Below, piece by piece: positions 28,923-38,684 of a stretch of DNA of 64,000 nucleotides. The number at the start of each line of letters is the position of its first letter. Within the stretch, counting starts at the first letter, position 1. This DNA is from Candidatus Parcubacteria bacterium (GTDB lineage: Bacteria > Patescibacteriota > Minisyncoccia > Phycocordibacterales > UBA5272), in NCBI GenBank assembly GCA_039796775.1, contig JBDKJD010000002.1, forward strand, positions 12,574 to 76,573, in the 5' to 3' direction. The translations under genes were made by a program, and so were the position numbers. The notes under the pieces are model-generated. The model was not told where the DNA came from and searched no databases. It saw only the letters and a program-made list of their open reading frames with translations.

Positions 28923-28949
28923 AAAGTGGCGCCCGAAGGGCGCCACTTT
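28923..28949 (-). terminator. perfect hairpin AAAGTGGCGCCC-GAA-GGGCGCCACTTT downstream of rpsO
   Basis: 12-bp GC-rich stem read from the sequence. No T-tract on the minus strand. Confidence 0.5.
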
Positions 28950-28967
28950 GTGTACTCTTTTGTAGGA

Positions 28968-29231
28968 TTACTTGAGTCCGAGTTTGGTCACAAGTGCTGA
29001 GTATCTCTTCTTGTTTGATTCTTGGAGATACTTGAGGTGAACTCTACGATCGGCTACCATTTGTATGAGACCACGACGTGAGTGATTGTCTTTTGCGTGA
29101 GTCTTCAAATGATTGGTGAGTTCTACGATACGCTTAGTCAAAATAGATACCTGAACTTCAGGAGATCCTGTGTCTTTCGCGTGAATTTGAGTATTTTTGA
29201 TGGCAATAGCCTTTTTTCTAGGTGTGAGCAT
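28968..29231 (-). CDS. rpsO: 30S ribosomal protein S15
   Basis: 87 aa: [55 protein letters not shown]... Confidence 0.9.
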   Translation of the reverse strand: MLTPRKKAIAIKNTQIHAKDTGSPEVQVSILTKRIVELTNHLKTHAKDNHSRRGLIQMVADRRVHLKYLQESNKKRYSALVTKLGLK

Positions 29232-29537
29232 ATAAATCTAACTATAACGACTATTCTAGCACACTTTTTTAAAAAATGCAAGCCCGGGAAACCTCAGATA
29301 GCAGTTACTGGTGTATGGTTATTAGAAAACACGAAAACCCCCAGAGTATCAGAGGGTCTGCACTCCAAAGTTGAATTCGCCCTAGGCTACATTGACAAAG
29401 TGTAGTAGTAATAGTAGTGTATATTTACTTTTGGAAATAATTCTAAAAAGTCGTTGCGACAGCAATGCGTTCCTTGAAATCACATCACCCTATTTTAGCT
29501 TTGGCTTATGCTGGGGATGTTTATTGGAGATTTTTTT

Positions 29538-30623
29538 ATGAGCTATAAACTCAAAGTTCAAAACGCGGCCCTTGATGAAATCAAAGGCAGTATTGTCCTT
29601 CGTGGAGTTATTGACCCTGCGACGTTTTCGGATATCAAAATCGGTGACTATCAGCGCGAAGAAGGGTCTCTTAAGGATCTCGACAGCCTGATCAAAGCAC
29701 TCAAAGCCGGCGATCAGTTGCCCGATATCGAAATCGGTATTAGGGGGAACGACTACAGTGAGCGTGATGGTGTTTTCTATATACCGTGCGACTCATATGT
29801 TGTTGACGGCCTCCAACGCCTTACAGCGGCGAAGCCTGTCTGGATGGAAGACCCAAAAATTCCGATTCGTCTTGGCGCCCTTCTACATTTTGGTTCAAAT
29901 GAAGCCTGGGAGCGTGAGCGTTTCAAGCTGCTCGACACTTTGCGGAGAAAAGTATCACCAAACGTTCTTCTCAGAAATGAAAAGGACAGCCCCGCGGTTT
30001 CAGCCCTCATCGCAATGTCAAACAATGACAAAGATTTTGCTTTGAAAGCAAAAGTTTGCTGGGGACAGAAAATGGCGCGTACCGAAATGGTGACAGCACT
30101 CACGGTTCTTAAGACCGTTTCTGTGCTGCACAGCCACCTTATTCCAGGCATGGCTTCACATCTGAGTGTTGTTGTTGCTGCATCGGATAAGGCGCTCGAG
30201 TTTCTTGGTCCAAATGTTTAGCGCGCGAACACTCGTACTTTTTTCGAAGCAATTGAAATTTCGTTTGGCTTGCGAAGCATCGCGTATCGCGACCTTTCTC
30301 CACAAATCAAAAGCGGCTTTCTGCGAGCCCTTGCAAAAGTGTTTGCTGACCATCAGAACTTTTGGGAAGACAAGCGTCTCACTATTTCAAAGATGGACCG
30401 CGAAAAGCTACGCCTGTTCCCACTCCGTGATCCAGGGGTTCTACCGCTTATTGGCAGCAGTTCTAGCATCAATCCCGCCCTCTACAGTCTTCTTGTTGAT
30501 CACCTCAACCGTGGTAGACGTGTGACAAGAATGATCAAGTGGAATGGCCAAAAGGCTGACGGTGTTCTCCCTCTTGATGCTAGACAAGCAGATGAAGATG
30601 CTGTTAGCGGCTTTGATGAGTGA
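29538..30623 (+). pseudogene. DndB-like/DGQHR (ParB-fold, DUF262-like) domain protein interrupted by an in-frame TAG at 30219..30221; GC-rich insert
   Basis: GDYQREEG and VVDGLQRLTAA motifs. ORFs 29508..30221 and 30270..30623 are in the same frame, separated by a single TAG and 16 sense codons. The combined length of 371 aa fits DndB. An SD GGAG precedes ATG 29538. The second ORF has no ATG of its own (TTG at 30270). Confidence 0.5.
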
Positions 30624-30735
30624 GTGGTGATGTTGTGATTCCTAAGAGTCAGCAGTAATGCTGGCTCTTTTTCTTTTGTTTACTTGCACGAAGTGGGGGT
30701 AGTGTTCTTATATAGGACTTCATAAGGAGAAGGTA

Positions 30736-31083
30736 ATGAAATCTAACAATGTTCATCAATGTTTGTTAAGCAAGGTTGTGTCACAGAAGTCTCTAAAAGT
30801 AACCTTTTTAAAAGGGATGATGGCAGGGACTTTTGAAGAAGGAGGGGTGGTTATTGGATATTTTGAAGGCTTATCTGAAAGGGTGTTGAGCCGCAAAAGA
30901 ACAAAAGAACAAATTGTGAGAGAAATAATTGAAGAACGTCGTTCTCAAGAAACAGGCAAGAAGCCCCCTTTGCCAAGAGACAAACGACCACATGTGTGCA
31001 TACTTTTTTGGGATTGGTTCGCCGAGGATGTAGGAACCCTGTGGGTTCCGGTAAAAAATCTTCTCCCTCTACACCGTACATAA
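30736..31083 (+). CDS. hypothetical protein (strong SD TAAGGAGAAGG)
   Basis: 115-aa ORF downstream of a hairpin plus T-tract at about 30646..30680. Confidence 0.4.
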   Translation: MKSNNVHQCLLSKVVSQKSLKVTFLKGMMAGTFEEGGVVIGYFEGLSERVLSRKRTKEQIVREIIEERRSQETGKKPPLPRDKRPHVCILFWDWFAEDVGTLWVPVKNLLPLHRT

Positions 31084-31173
31084 GTCTCTATGAGTACTTT
31101 TTAACACGCAGCGTTCAGACTGCGTATTTCTTTTCCCTTACTTTATTGTGCGACATTGATATATACTTTTTAT

Positions 31174-31208
31174 TAGCCATTAGCCATTAGCCATTAGCCA
31201 TTAGCCAT
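31174..31208. repeat. 5-copy tandem heptad (TAGCCAT)n immediately upstream of xerC
   Basis: Counted directly. Confidence 0.85.
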
Positions 31209-31224
31209 TCTGAATACTGTAATC

Positions 31225-32181
31225 ATGCATTCCCTTACCTCTCTCAAACAAGATTTTCTTCAATATATTGAAATCGAAAAAGGACGCTCCGCGCTCACTG
31301 TTCGTAATTATGATCATTACCTCACACGGTTTTTGGATTTCGCTTCCTCAAAATATAATGTAGATTCCCCTGCCCTCATCACTGAAGCTATGATGCGAGA
31401 GTACCGTGTCTATCTTAATAGGCTCCCTGCACGAGAGATGAAGAAAGGTCAAGCTATTGAAACGCTTGATAAAAAAACACAAAATTATCATCTTATAGCT
31501 CTCCGTGCTTTTTTTAAATATATTCGTAAGCGAGGAGTGGATGGTTATGATCCAGAGAGAATAGAGCTTGCCAAAACTGCACAAAGAGAATTAGATCTCA
31601 TCTCAGAAAGAGAATTAGACTCACTTTTAAATGCTCCCGATTCTCAAACGGTAGCAGGTCTTCGTGATAAGGCGATACTTGAGCTGTTGTTCTCAACCGG
31701 GCTCCGTGTTTCTGAATTATGTTCTTTAGATAGAGATGTGGATCTTCGCAATGGTGAAATCTCGGTAAGAGGAAAAGGTGGCAAAATTCGCGTTGTCTTT
31801 ATCGCGAGCAATGCTTTAAAAGCAGTGAACACCTATCTCGCTTCGCGAGTAGATATAGACGAAGCAATGTTCATCGATCATTCCCCTCGTGCCATCTCTA
31901 GAATGGCTAAAGAAGAATCAATACGTTTAACTCCACGAAGTGTTGAGCGTATCTTGAATAAATATGCAGAGCGCGCAGGGATAGCCAAGAAGTGTACACC
32001 TCATGTACTGCGTCACTCGTTTGCGACTGATCTTTTGTATAACGGAGCAGATCTCCGCACTGTGCAGCTGATGTTAGGGCATGCCTCTATCGCCACCACT
32101 CAGATTTATACCAATGTTACTAATAAATTTCTTCGTGATCAGTATGAGAAATTTCATGGCAAAAGAAAAACTCGTGAGTAG
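31225..32181 (+). CDS. xerC: tyrosine recombinase XerC/XerD family
   Basis: N-terminal SAM-like domain and the C-terminal catalytic motifs R...HxLRHSFAT...LGH...Y. Confidence 0.8.
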   Translation: MHSLTSLKQDFLQYIEIEKGRSALTVRNYDHYLTRFLDFASSKYNVDSPALITEAMMREYRVYLNRLPAREMKKGQAIETLDKKTQNYHLIALRAFFKYIRKRGVDGYDPERIELAKTAQRELDLISERELDSLLNAPDSQTVAGLRDKAILELLFSTGLRVSELCSLDRDVDLRNGEISVRGKGGKIRVVFIASNALKAVNTYLASRVDIDEAMFIDHSPRAISRMAKEESIRLTPRSVERILNKYAERAGIAKKCTPHVLRHSFATDLLYNGADLRTVQLMLGHASIATTQIYTNVTNKFLRDQYEKFHGKRKTRE

Positions 32182-32372
32182 TCGGTAGTTTGTAGTTCGT
32201 AGTAAATACATGACACAGAATATAGAAGCGAGACAGTAAGGTTATCTCTTTGAATAGGTTAGCAAGAATGCGACACAGGCGCCAGATAAGTACTCTACTA
32301 TGTAATATGTGCGAATAACTTGCATGTATATAAAAGTTTCGTTAGTATCGCATCAATATTAAGGAGAATCAC

Positions 32373-32777
32373 ATGAATACTGTTTCGCTGCCGTACAGCA
32401 TCTCTGGTCATGCACCTTTTATTCACCTCAACCATCATCAAGGGGAAGACTACCCTGTCTGTATTAAATGTTCAAAACATCATGTGTACAGTCCTGTAGT
32501 TTGTGGGCAGAGAGTTCGAGAAGAATTCGCTAACGCGTCCCCGCTTGATAGTGGTGTTATTGATGATATTCTGAAATACCCACAACGATTCGAAGAGATA
32601 CACAAAGCTCTTGAGTCAGGAAAGTTCATCGCCTTTTTAGGCACCATGTACAAATATGTTGTGTCCGGGGATGTGAGATGCCTCTTTTTGTTTAAGGAAG
32701 AAGGAAGCTATCATGTGACCCCTGTATCTGTTGAACTCTTATGGTCAAATGAGGTAGTTATACCATGCAGAGCATAA
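32373..32777 (+). CDS. hypothetical Cys/His-containing protein (SD AAGGAG)
   Basis: 134 aa. No family recognised. Confidence 0.4.
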   Translation: MNTVSLPYSISGHAPFIHLNHHQGEDYPVCIKCSKHHVYSPVVCGQRVREEFANASPLDSGVIDDILKYPQRFEEIHKALESGKFIAFLGTMYKYVVSGDVRCLFLFKEEGSYHVTPVSVELLWSNEVVIPCRA

Positions 32778-32915
32778 AGCGGGATCTATTTCAGGTTTCA
32801 AGAGCAATCACTATAGAGGGGTTGCTTTTTTTGTAGAGTATTGTATAATTTTATATAGCAATGACCACAGGGGTCAAAGCACATTCAACAAAAGCTCAAA
32901 AAAAGGAGAATTCCC

Positions 32916-33287
32916 ATGAGCAACAACAAAGGCCAACTTCTACAAGACCCATTTCTGAACCAGCTCCGCCGTGAGCATGTGCCGGTGTCCATCTACCTGG
33001 TCAACGGCATCAAGCTGCAAGGCCAGATTGAATCGTTCGACCAGTACGTGGTGCTCCTGCGCAACACGGTCACGCAAATGGTCTACAAGCATGCGATCTC
33101 GACTGTTGTACCTGCTACGAATGCGAAATTCAAAGCAGGTGCTGAAGGTGATCATGACACCGGTGGCGAAGATGTCATCCCTCCTGGAAGCTTCGATGAT
33201 CGCGACGCTTCAGCTGCTGCCGCGCCAGCCCAAGCCAACCCCAAGAAGGGCAACAAAGCCTCTTCGAGCAAGAATCAGAAACATTAA
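32916..33287 (+). CDS. hfq: RNA chaperone Hfq (beta/gammaproteobacterial-type sequence)
   Basis: [58 protein letters not shown] is nearly identical to the proteobacterial Hfq Sm core. The coding region is GC-rich with the SD AAGGAG. Confidence 0.9.
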   Translation: MSNNKGQLLQDPFLNQLRREHVPVSIYLVNGIKLQGQIESFDQYVVLLRNTVTQMVYKHAISTVVPATNAKFKAGAEGDHDTGGEDVIPPGSFDDRDASAAAAPAQANPKKGNKASSSKNQKH

Positions 33288-33302
33288 GTTTCTTGTTCTG
33301 CT

Positions 33303-33334
33303 AAAGCCGCACCTTGTGTGCGGCTTTTTCTTTT
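33303..33334 (+). terminator. intrinsic terminator AAAGCCGCAC-CTTGT-GTGCGGCTTT plus T-tract after hfq
   Basis: Read from the sequence. Confidence 0.7.
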
Positions 33335-33363
33335 TGTTTACAGCGTGATATAGTAAAACTTCT

Positions 33364-34047
33364 ATGGAGTTCCACAATCTTCCACGTCACATAGCTATTA
33401 TTCCAGATGGGAATAGACGATGGGCCAAACAACAACACCTCCCAACACTCATCGGACATAGTGAAGGATACAAAAGAATAGAAGAGTTAGTCGAAGAATC
33501 ACAACGTTTAGGAATAGAATATGTTACTGTCTGGGCATTCTCAACTGAGAATTGGAAACGTACAAATATCGAACAAGAACAATTATTTTCTCTTATTATA
33601 AAAGGACTCACCGCTCTTCAAGGTGAACTTCTTAATACAAAAAGCCGATTTGTTCACTTGGGAAGAAAGGATAGATTAAGTGAAGAGATTCTCGCGTTGC
33701 TCTCTTCTCTTGAAGAGAACACAAAAGAATATACATCATTTACATTGTGTGTCGCTATTGATTATGGTGGTGAAGATGAAGTGCTTCGCGCAGCTGAAGC
33801 GTATAAAAATACCAAAGACCAAGATGCAACAATAGTAGATTTTCTGGATACTTCACAATATTCTATACCTTCCCCTGATCTTATTATTCGAACAAGTGGA
33901 GAAAAAAGAACATCTGGTTTCATGCCGCTACAAAGCGTTTATAGTGAATGGTATTTTAGCGATAAACATTTCCCTGATTTTGATGTGACAGAACTTCATC
34001 AAGCTTTGACAGAGTATGAATCAAGAGAGAGGAGACATGGGAAGTAG
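33364..34047 (+). CDS. uppS: isoprenyl transferase / undecaprenyl diphosphate synthase
   Basis: HIAIIPDGNRRWA motif, with the family-typical length. Confidence 0.85.
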   Translation: MEFHNLPRHIAIIPDGNRRWAKQQHLPTLIGHSEGYKRIEELVEESQRLGIEYVTVWAFSTENWKRTNIEQEQLFSLIIKGLTALQGELLNTKSRFVHLGRKDRLSEEILALLSSLEENTKEYTSFTLCVAIDYGGEDEVLRAAEAYKNTKDQDATIVDFLDTSQYSIPSPDLIIRTSGEKRTSGFMPLQSVYSEWYFSDKHFPDFDVTELHQALTEYESRERRHGK

Positions 34048-34145
34048 ATAGATTACTAGTATATAGTTACTTATTACTAGAAAATATAAATTCTTCACCA
34101 TGCCCCCCACTAGTAAGTAATAACTAGTAACTATATACTATCCCT

Positions 34146-34934
34146 ATGAAAATTATTTCTTGGAATGTTAATGGATTACGTGCTGTGTGGAACAAGGGTG
34201 CGCTACAGGATTTTGTTCTCAAAGAATCACCTGACGTGTTAGCTATTCAAGAAATAAAATGTGAAGAAGTGCAATTAAACGAAGATCAAAAAACACTCAC
34301 CTTCCCTGCATCTTCTGTGCGATACAAAGCAGTATTTGAAAGTGCTAAAAATCGAAAAGGCTATTCTGGTGTTGCTGTGTATGTAAAGGAAGGTATCCAT
34401 TTTGAACTCTTACATGCCACGCTTAATAAAAAAGATTTTTATGATGAAGAAGGGAGAACGATTGCTGTAGAATTCGATCAGTTCTATTTGGTTAACTGCT
34501 ATTTCCCAAATGGTGGGAAGAGTGAAGAGCATTATGAATATAAGCTAGCATATTATGAACACTTCTTATCTCTTGTGAAAAAAATAGAAAAAAAGAAACC
34601 AGTCATTTGGTGTGGAGATGTGAATGCAACAAATGAAGACTTGGATCTCGCGCGACCAAAAGAAAATAAAGACAAGCTCGGATGTACTGTACCTGAACGA
34701 ACAGCTCTCAAGACATTCACCGAAAACTTCATCGATACCTATCGATACAAAAACGGTGATAAAGTCCAGTACACTTGGTGGGATATGAAGACCAGGTCAA
34801 GAGAAAAGAATGTCGGCTGGAGAATTGACTATTTCTACACCTCACACGCGTTGAAGACACAGATAGTCGACGCACAGATACTCGATGATTATATGGGGAG
34901 TGACCATTGTCCGATTCTTCTTAGTATCAAATAG
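34146..34934 (+). CDS. xthA: exodeoxyribonuclease III (AP endonuclease)
   Basis: MKIISWNVNGLRA N-terminus and C-terminal SDHCP motif. Confidence 0.85.
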   Translation: MKIISWNVNGLRAVWNKGALQDFVLKESPDVLAIQEIKCEEVQLNEDQKTLTFPASSVRYKAVFESAKNRKGYSGVAVYVKEGIHFELLHATLNKKDFYDEEGRTIAVEFDQFYLVNCYFPNGGKSEEHYEYKLAYYEHFLSLVKKIEKKKPVIWCGDVNATNEDLDLARPKENKDKLGCTVPERTALKTFTENFIDTYRYKNGDKVQYTWWDMKTRSREKNVGWRIDYFYTSHALKTQIVDAQILDDYMGSDHCPILLSIK

Positions 34935-35031
34935 TCAGACATCTTTGTGAGTTAATGAGCGTGATAGCTAGTGTGGTGCTATAACAATAATCACCATATC
35001 GATTCGATATGGTGATTATTGTAATCTCTGA

Positions 35032-35625
35032 TTATTCTTTGCTAAATAATGATCTGATTGATTGGAGGAGAGAGGTCTTTGGTTGTTCTTGCTCTTTTTG
35101 TGACTCTTTCGTTTCTTGCCTCATTTCTTTTTTGGAGACATCTTTCTTGTCGTCTTTTTTGTCATTGTTATCTCCTGCTTCTAAGAGTTCTCGACATTCT
35201 TTTGTATTTGATTCAAATTCTGACCAGGCTTTCTTTCTCTCTTCGGTGAGTGTCGACTGAAGTTCTTTGATTTTTGTTTTGTAGGCTTCGACAGAAGTCT
35301 TCGTGAAATCACGACGATCCTTCTCATCTACTATAGTGAAAGACTTTTTCTCCATTTCTTTTCTCTGGAGTAATGCTTCATTCATTGCTTTGTTGTACTC
35401 TGCCCGCATCTGAGAAAGAGAAGTGTCTCTTAATTCGATAGCGTCTTGTGAGCATTCGGTGAAGTGACGAGCTTTTGAGGCCGTGCTTGTTGCGGACTTT
35501 GTCTCAACTTTGGAAGAGGAGGCGATCTCGGTGGTTGGAACTTGAGATGGAGTTTGTGCATGAGTAAAAGATAAGCATGCGAGTACTATCAGTGACGAGG
35601 TTACAAAATGAGATGATTGTTTCAT
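35032..35625 (-). CDS. secreted coiled-coil hypothetical protein (signal peptide)
   Basis: N-terminus MKQSSHFVTSSLIVLACLSFTHAQ. Lies downstream of the sigma/anti-sigma pair. Confidence 0.45.
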   Translation of the reverse strand: MKQSSHFVTSSLIVLACLSFTHAQTPSQVPTTEIASSSKVETKSATSTASKARHFTECSQDAIELRDTSLSQMRAEYNKAMNEALLQRKEMEKKSFTIVDEKDRRDFTKTSVEAYKTKIKELQSTLTEERKKAWSEFESNTKECRELLEAGDNNDKKDDKKDVSKKEMRQETKESQKEQEQPKTSLLQSIRSLFSKE

Positions 35626-35645
35626 AAATATAAAAACGATAGATA

Positions 35646-35987
35646 TTATTGTGAAGCTAAACGAGAAGCGTCTTCGATATCAAGCGCCTCTTCGAATGAG
35701 GCTACTTGAGCGTCTACTTCATAATAAGGGTTATTACTTATTGTATCAGATGGAGAAACATTTGTAGATAAAGAAGGGAGAAGTGCGATAACAATCATCG
35801 ACACAGTGATAAGTTGAGTAAAAGCCAGCCATCTATACGGGGAACGTATCGCACGTCCCTCTTTAAGGTTTTGTTGCTCTGGTATTTGAGAAAGTATTGC
35901 TTGAAGACTTGTTTCTGACGGCGATACGTTCTCCTTATACATGGACAAGGCTTTTTCTATGTCGTTGTAGGGGTTGTTGTTATTCAT
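35646..35987 (-). CDS. putative anti-sigma factor (single-TM membrane protein)
   Basis: 113 aa with a central TM. Its start overlaps the ECF sigma stop. Confidence 0.4.
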   Translation of the reverse strand: MNNNNPYNDIEKALSMYKENVSPSETSLQAILSQIPEQQNLKEGRAIRSPYRWLAFTQLITVSMIVIALLPSLSTNVSPSDTISNNPYYEVDAQVASFEEALDIEDASRLASQ

Positions 35988-36567
35988 ACAAATGCTTGGT
36001 AAGGATACGCAATTTTTTGAGAGCCCTTTCTTTTATTTTGCGAAGATAACTTTCTTCTTTTTCCATGATGTCGCTTATTTCTTTGTAACTTAATTCACTT
36101 AAGAAATAAAGCCTTATCACCTCTTGTTCGTCTTTAGACAATCTGTCCAAATATTCCATAATAGATTGAGACAGTTCTTGTATATGTACTTCATCTAATA
36201 TGGAAACGGACTCATCTTCGTAGGTTTCAAGGAGTGTGTCATCAAATGACTCAAATGTCTTTTTTTCTCCATGATTAATGAGAAGTCTCTTGGATATTGT
36301 GAACAAATACGCAAGAGGCGACGTTTGAGGTTCGTAGGAAGATAATGCTTCGTAAAATTTGAGAAAGGTCTGCTGTGTTATATCAAGAGCTAAGTCTTTG
36401 TTCTTGCATCTTGAAATTGTATATCGATACAAAGGGGTGTAGAGTTCTTTGTAGATGATTCCGAAAGCTTCGGTGTCACCATTTTTAGCTTGTAAAATAA
36501 GCTTTTTTAAAGCAAGACTGCTCCCCTCACTAGATATAACCGGCGTGTTGTTATTTTGTGACAGCAT
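35980..36567 (-). CDS. RNA polymerase ECF-type sigma-70 family factor
   Basis: Sigma region 2 (LYTPLYRYTISRCKNKDLALDITQQTFLKFY) and region 4 (EQEVIRLYFLSELSYKEISDIM). Confidence 0.75.
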   Translation of the reverse strand: MLSQNNNTPVISSEGSSLALKKLILQAKNGDTEAFGIIYKELYTPLYRYTISRCKNKDLALDITQQTFLKFYEALSSYEPQTSPLAYLFTISKRLLINHGEKKTFESFDDTLLETYEDESVSILDEVHIQELSQSIMEYLDRLSKDEQEVIRLYFLSELSYKEISDIMEKEESYLRKIKERALKKLRILTKHLYE

Positions 36568-37681
36568 CTATGCCTTTCAGTGTACCAGAAGAGAGATAAT
36601 CAAGCATCGCCCCACCTCCTAGGGAGACGAATGTGAACTTTTGAAGCAAATTAAGAGAATGAGCTACAGTGACTGTATCTCCACCACCTATATACGAGCT
36701 CACTTGAGCGTTCCCGAGCTCGTTTAAAAGAGCTTCTGTTCCATGGAGCCAGCCTTTTTCATAAAGACCAAGCGGTCCGTTTACGATAACAGTATTAGAA
36801 AGATGCATAATAGAAGAGAGAAGTTTCACTGTCTCTTTGCCACAATCAACTACTACCCCATCTTTTGGAATTTTGGTGTGATGTACCACCTCCCCGGTTG
36901 AGAGTACTACATCTTCTGGAGTGAGGAGAAGTGGGTGATTATAAAATGATGGAGCGAGAGCATACTTAGGATCATATAAGCTATTCCCTATTTCTATTCC
37001 TCTTTCTTTCCAAATATTATGTACCATAGCTCCGCCCACGAATACTTTGACCCCCTTGTTTAAATATTCTTTGATCAAATCAAGCTTAGTTGATATCTTG
37101 GCTCCTCCTACAATAAAAAGTGCTGGGAGCTTAGGAGTGAGAGCTCTTTCCAAATGTTCTAATTCTCTTAAGCATGTTGGCCCAAGATATGAAAGCATAA
37201 GAGAAGCTACACCAACCACGCTCGCATGAGCTCTGTGGGATACAGAGAAAGCATCATTGATAAACACATCACCTAATCGTGCGAATGATGATGCGAGTGA
37301 AGAGAGGTTCTCAGTCTCACCATTAAATAGTCGAACATTTTCAAGGAGAAGTCCCTCGCCTTCTAAGAGTCCTCGTGAATGATTCTCTAATTCATCAAAA
37401 TTAAATGAAGGGTCAAACTTAAGAAACGAAAGTTCTTTGACTGCGTGGGCTGCGATTGGAGATAATGATTGACCTTCTTCTCCAAAATGAGTCATGACTA
37501 TTATTTTAGCCCCTGCATTGTGAAGATTTTTGAGAAACGGAACAGTAACATTGAATCTGCTCAAATCAGCAGGAGCTCCGTGATCAATCGGCATGTTCCA
37601 GTCGACACGAACAAGCACACGCTTGCCTTTTAAGGTTCTTGAATCAGGGATAGCATGATCTCTCCATGTGGTGTTCTGCAT
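36551..37681 (-). CDS. pgk: phosphoglycerate kinase
   Basis: RVDWNMP motif and full-length PGK similarity. Confidence 0.9.
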   Translation of the reverse strand: MQNTTWRDHAIPDSRTLKGKRVLVRVDWNMPIDHGAPADLSRFNVTVPFLKNLHNAGAKIIVMTHFGEEGQSLSPIAAHAVKELSFLKFDPSFNFDELENHSRGLLEGEGLLLENVRLFNGETENLSSLASSFARLGDVFINDAFSVSHRAHASVVGVASLMLSYLGPTCLRELEHLERALTPKLPALFIVGGAKISTKLDLIKEYLNKGVKVFVGGAMVHNIWKERGIEIGNSLYDPKYALAPSFYNHPLLLTPEDVVLSTGEVVHHTKIPKDGVVVDCGKETVKLLSSIMHLSNTVIVNGPLGLYEKGWLHGTEALLNELGNAQVSSYIGGGDTVTVAHSLNLLQKFTFVSLGGGAMLDYLSSGTLKGIDAVTK

Positions 37682-37802
37682 AGAATTAAAAGTTAAATAG
37701 TAATTGAAGATAGTATATAGTCGTTAGTGATTAGTGGCTAGTGAGTAGAATGCATAATATAGAGTGTAGAACATAGAATATAGAGCATGGTGTGTTGGGT
37801 GA

Positions 37803-37867
37803 GGACAATACCTGTGCCAAAAAGAGCGAAGGCTGCGCCTTCGCTCTTTTTGGCACAGGTATTGTCC
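37803..37867. repeat. 65-nt perfect palindrome (about 30-bp stem, loop TGCG) between tpiA and pgk; terminator-like
   Basis: GGACAATACCTGTGCCAAAAAGAGCGAAGGC-TGCG-GCCTTCGCTCTTTTTGGCACAGGTATTGTCC, preceded by a TAGNNNN heptad array. Confidence 0.7.
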
Positions 37868-37913
37868 AATTAATAATAAAACGTATCATCAAATCTAACC
37901 CAAACACTTAAAA

Positions 37914-38684
37914 TTATTGATATACCGATTGAATAATATCAAAAAACGAATCAACGCTTTGAGATGTTCTACCGATTAAGAGACCATTCACTCCTCCCTC
38001 TTTCAAAAATGATACAGCATTGTCTTTGGTCACTGTTCCGCCGTAAAGTATATGAACCTTTTTGGCATACTCTATACCGACAAGGAATGCGAGGGCTCTT
38101 CGTATCGCAATCACCGCTTCAAAGCATTCATTCGCAGTTGCACTATGCTTCGCACCAATTGCCCATAGTGGTTCATATGCAATCGTGAGAGATGCGAGCG
38201 ATTCTCTAGGGATGAGAGAGAGAAGATCTCTCGTGTCATGTTCTAGATATTCTATATACTTCCCTTCCTTGTCTCTTTCTTGTTCGCCAAGACATAATAC
38301 AACAGTGAGTTTTTTATTAAGAGCGCTTTTGAGCTTCAACTGCCGTTCTTCTCCGGTCTCTCCTCTTTTCCTTACTTCGCTATGACCTATGATGACAAAG
38401 GTTGCTCCAGAGGAGAGCAATTGAGTTGGTGTGGTTAACCCTGTATGTTGTCCTATATCTTCTATGCCGACATTTTCACTTCCGATGTATCCATGCTTAG
38501 CAAGTGGTGAGAGGAAAGGGATGAATATATCAGGCACAGCTATGTAATAACTCTTCTTGGGTAATTTTGTTTTTGAGGCGGTGATTTTCTTTTCGAGTTT
38601 TTTAATGAAACTCACAGCTTCTTCTTTTGTTGCTGGTGTTGCCTTCCAGTTACCAACAACAAGAGGAGGATTTCTTTTGATCAT
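37914..38684 (-). CDS. tpiA: triosephosphate isomerase
   Basis: GNWK, IAYEPLWAIG and YGGTV motifs. Confidence 0.9.
   Translation of the reverse strand: MIKRNPPLVVGNWKATPATKEEAVSFIKKLEKKITASKTKLPKKSYYIAVPDIFIPFLSPLAKHGYIGSENVGIEDIGQHTGLTTPTQLLSSGATFVIIGHSEVRKRGETGEERQLKLKSALNKKLTVVLCLGEQERDKEGKYIEYLEHDTRDLLSLIPRESLASLTIAYEPLWAIGAKHSATANECFEAVIAIRRALAFLVGIEYAKKVHILYGGTVTKDNAVSFLKEGGVNGLLIGRTSQSVDSFFDIIQSVYQ

Noticed and set aside
29758-30151. Overlapping ORFs (29758..30045 plus, 29777..30151 minus, 30156..30353 minus, 30166..30525 plus) in the GC-rich DndB-like region
   Set aside because: Elevated GC produces long spurious ORFs in all frames. Only the frame carrying YQR/DGLQR motifs is supported.
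32916-33287. Possibility that hfq reflects contamination or chimeric assembly rather than HGT
   Set aside because: Not fully excluded. The cassette is only about 450 bp and is flanked on both sides by native AT-rich sequence with the genome-typical heptad and palindrome motifs, which makes a contaminant contig join less likely.
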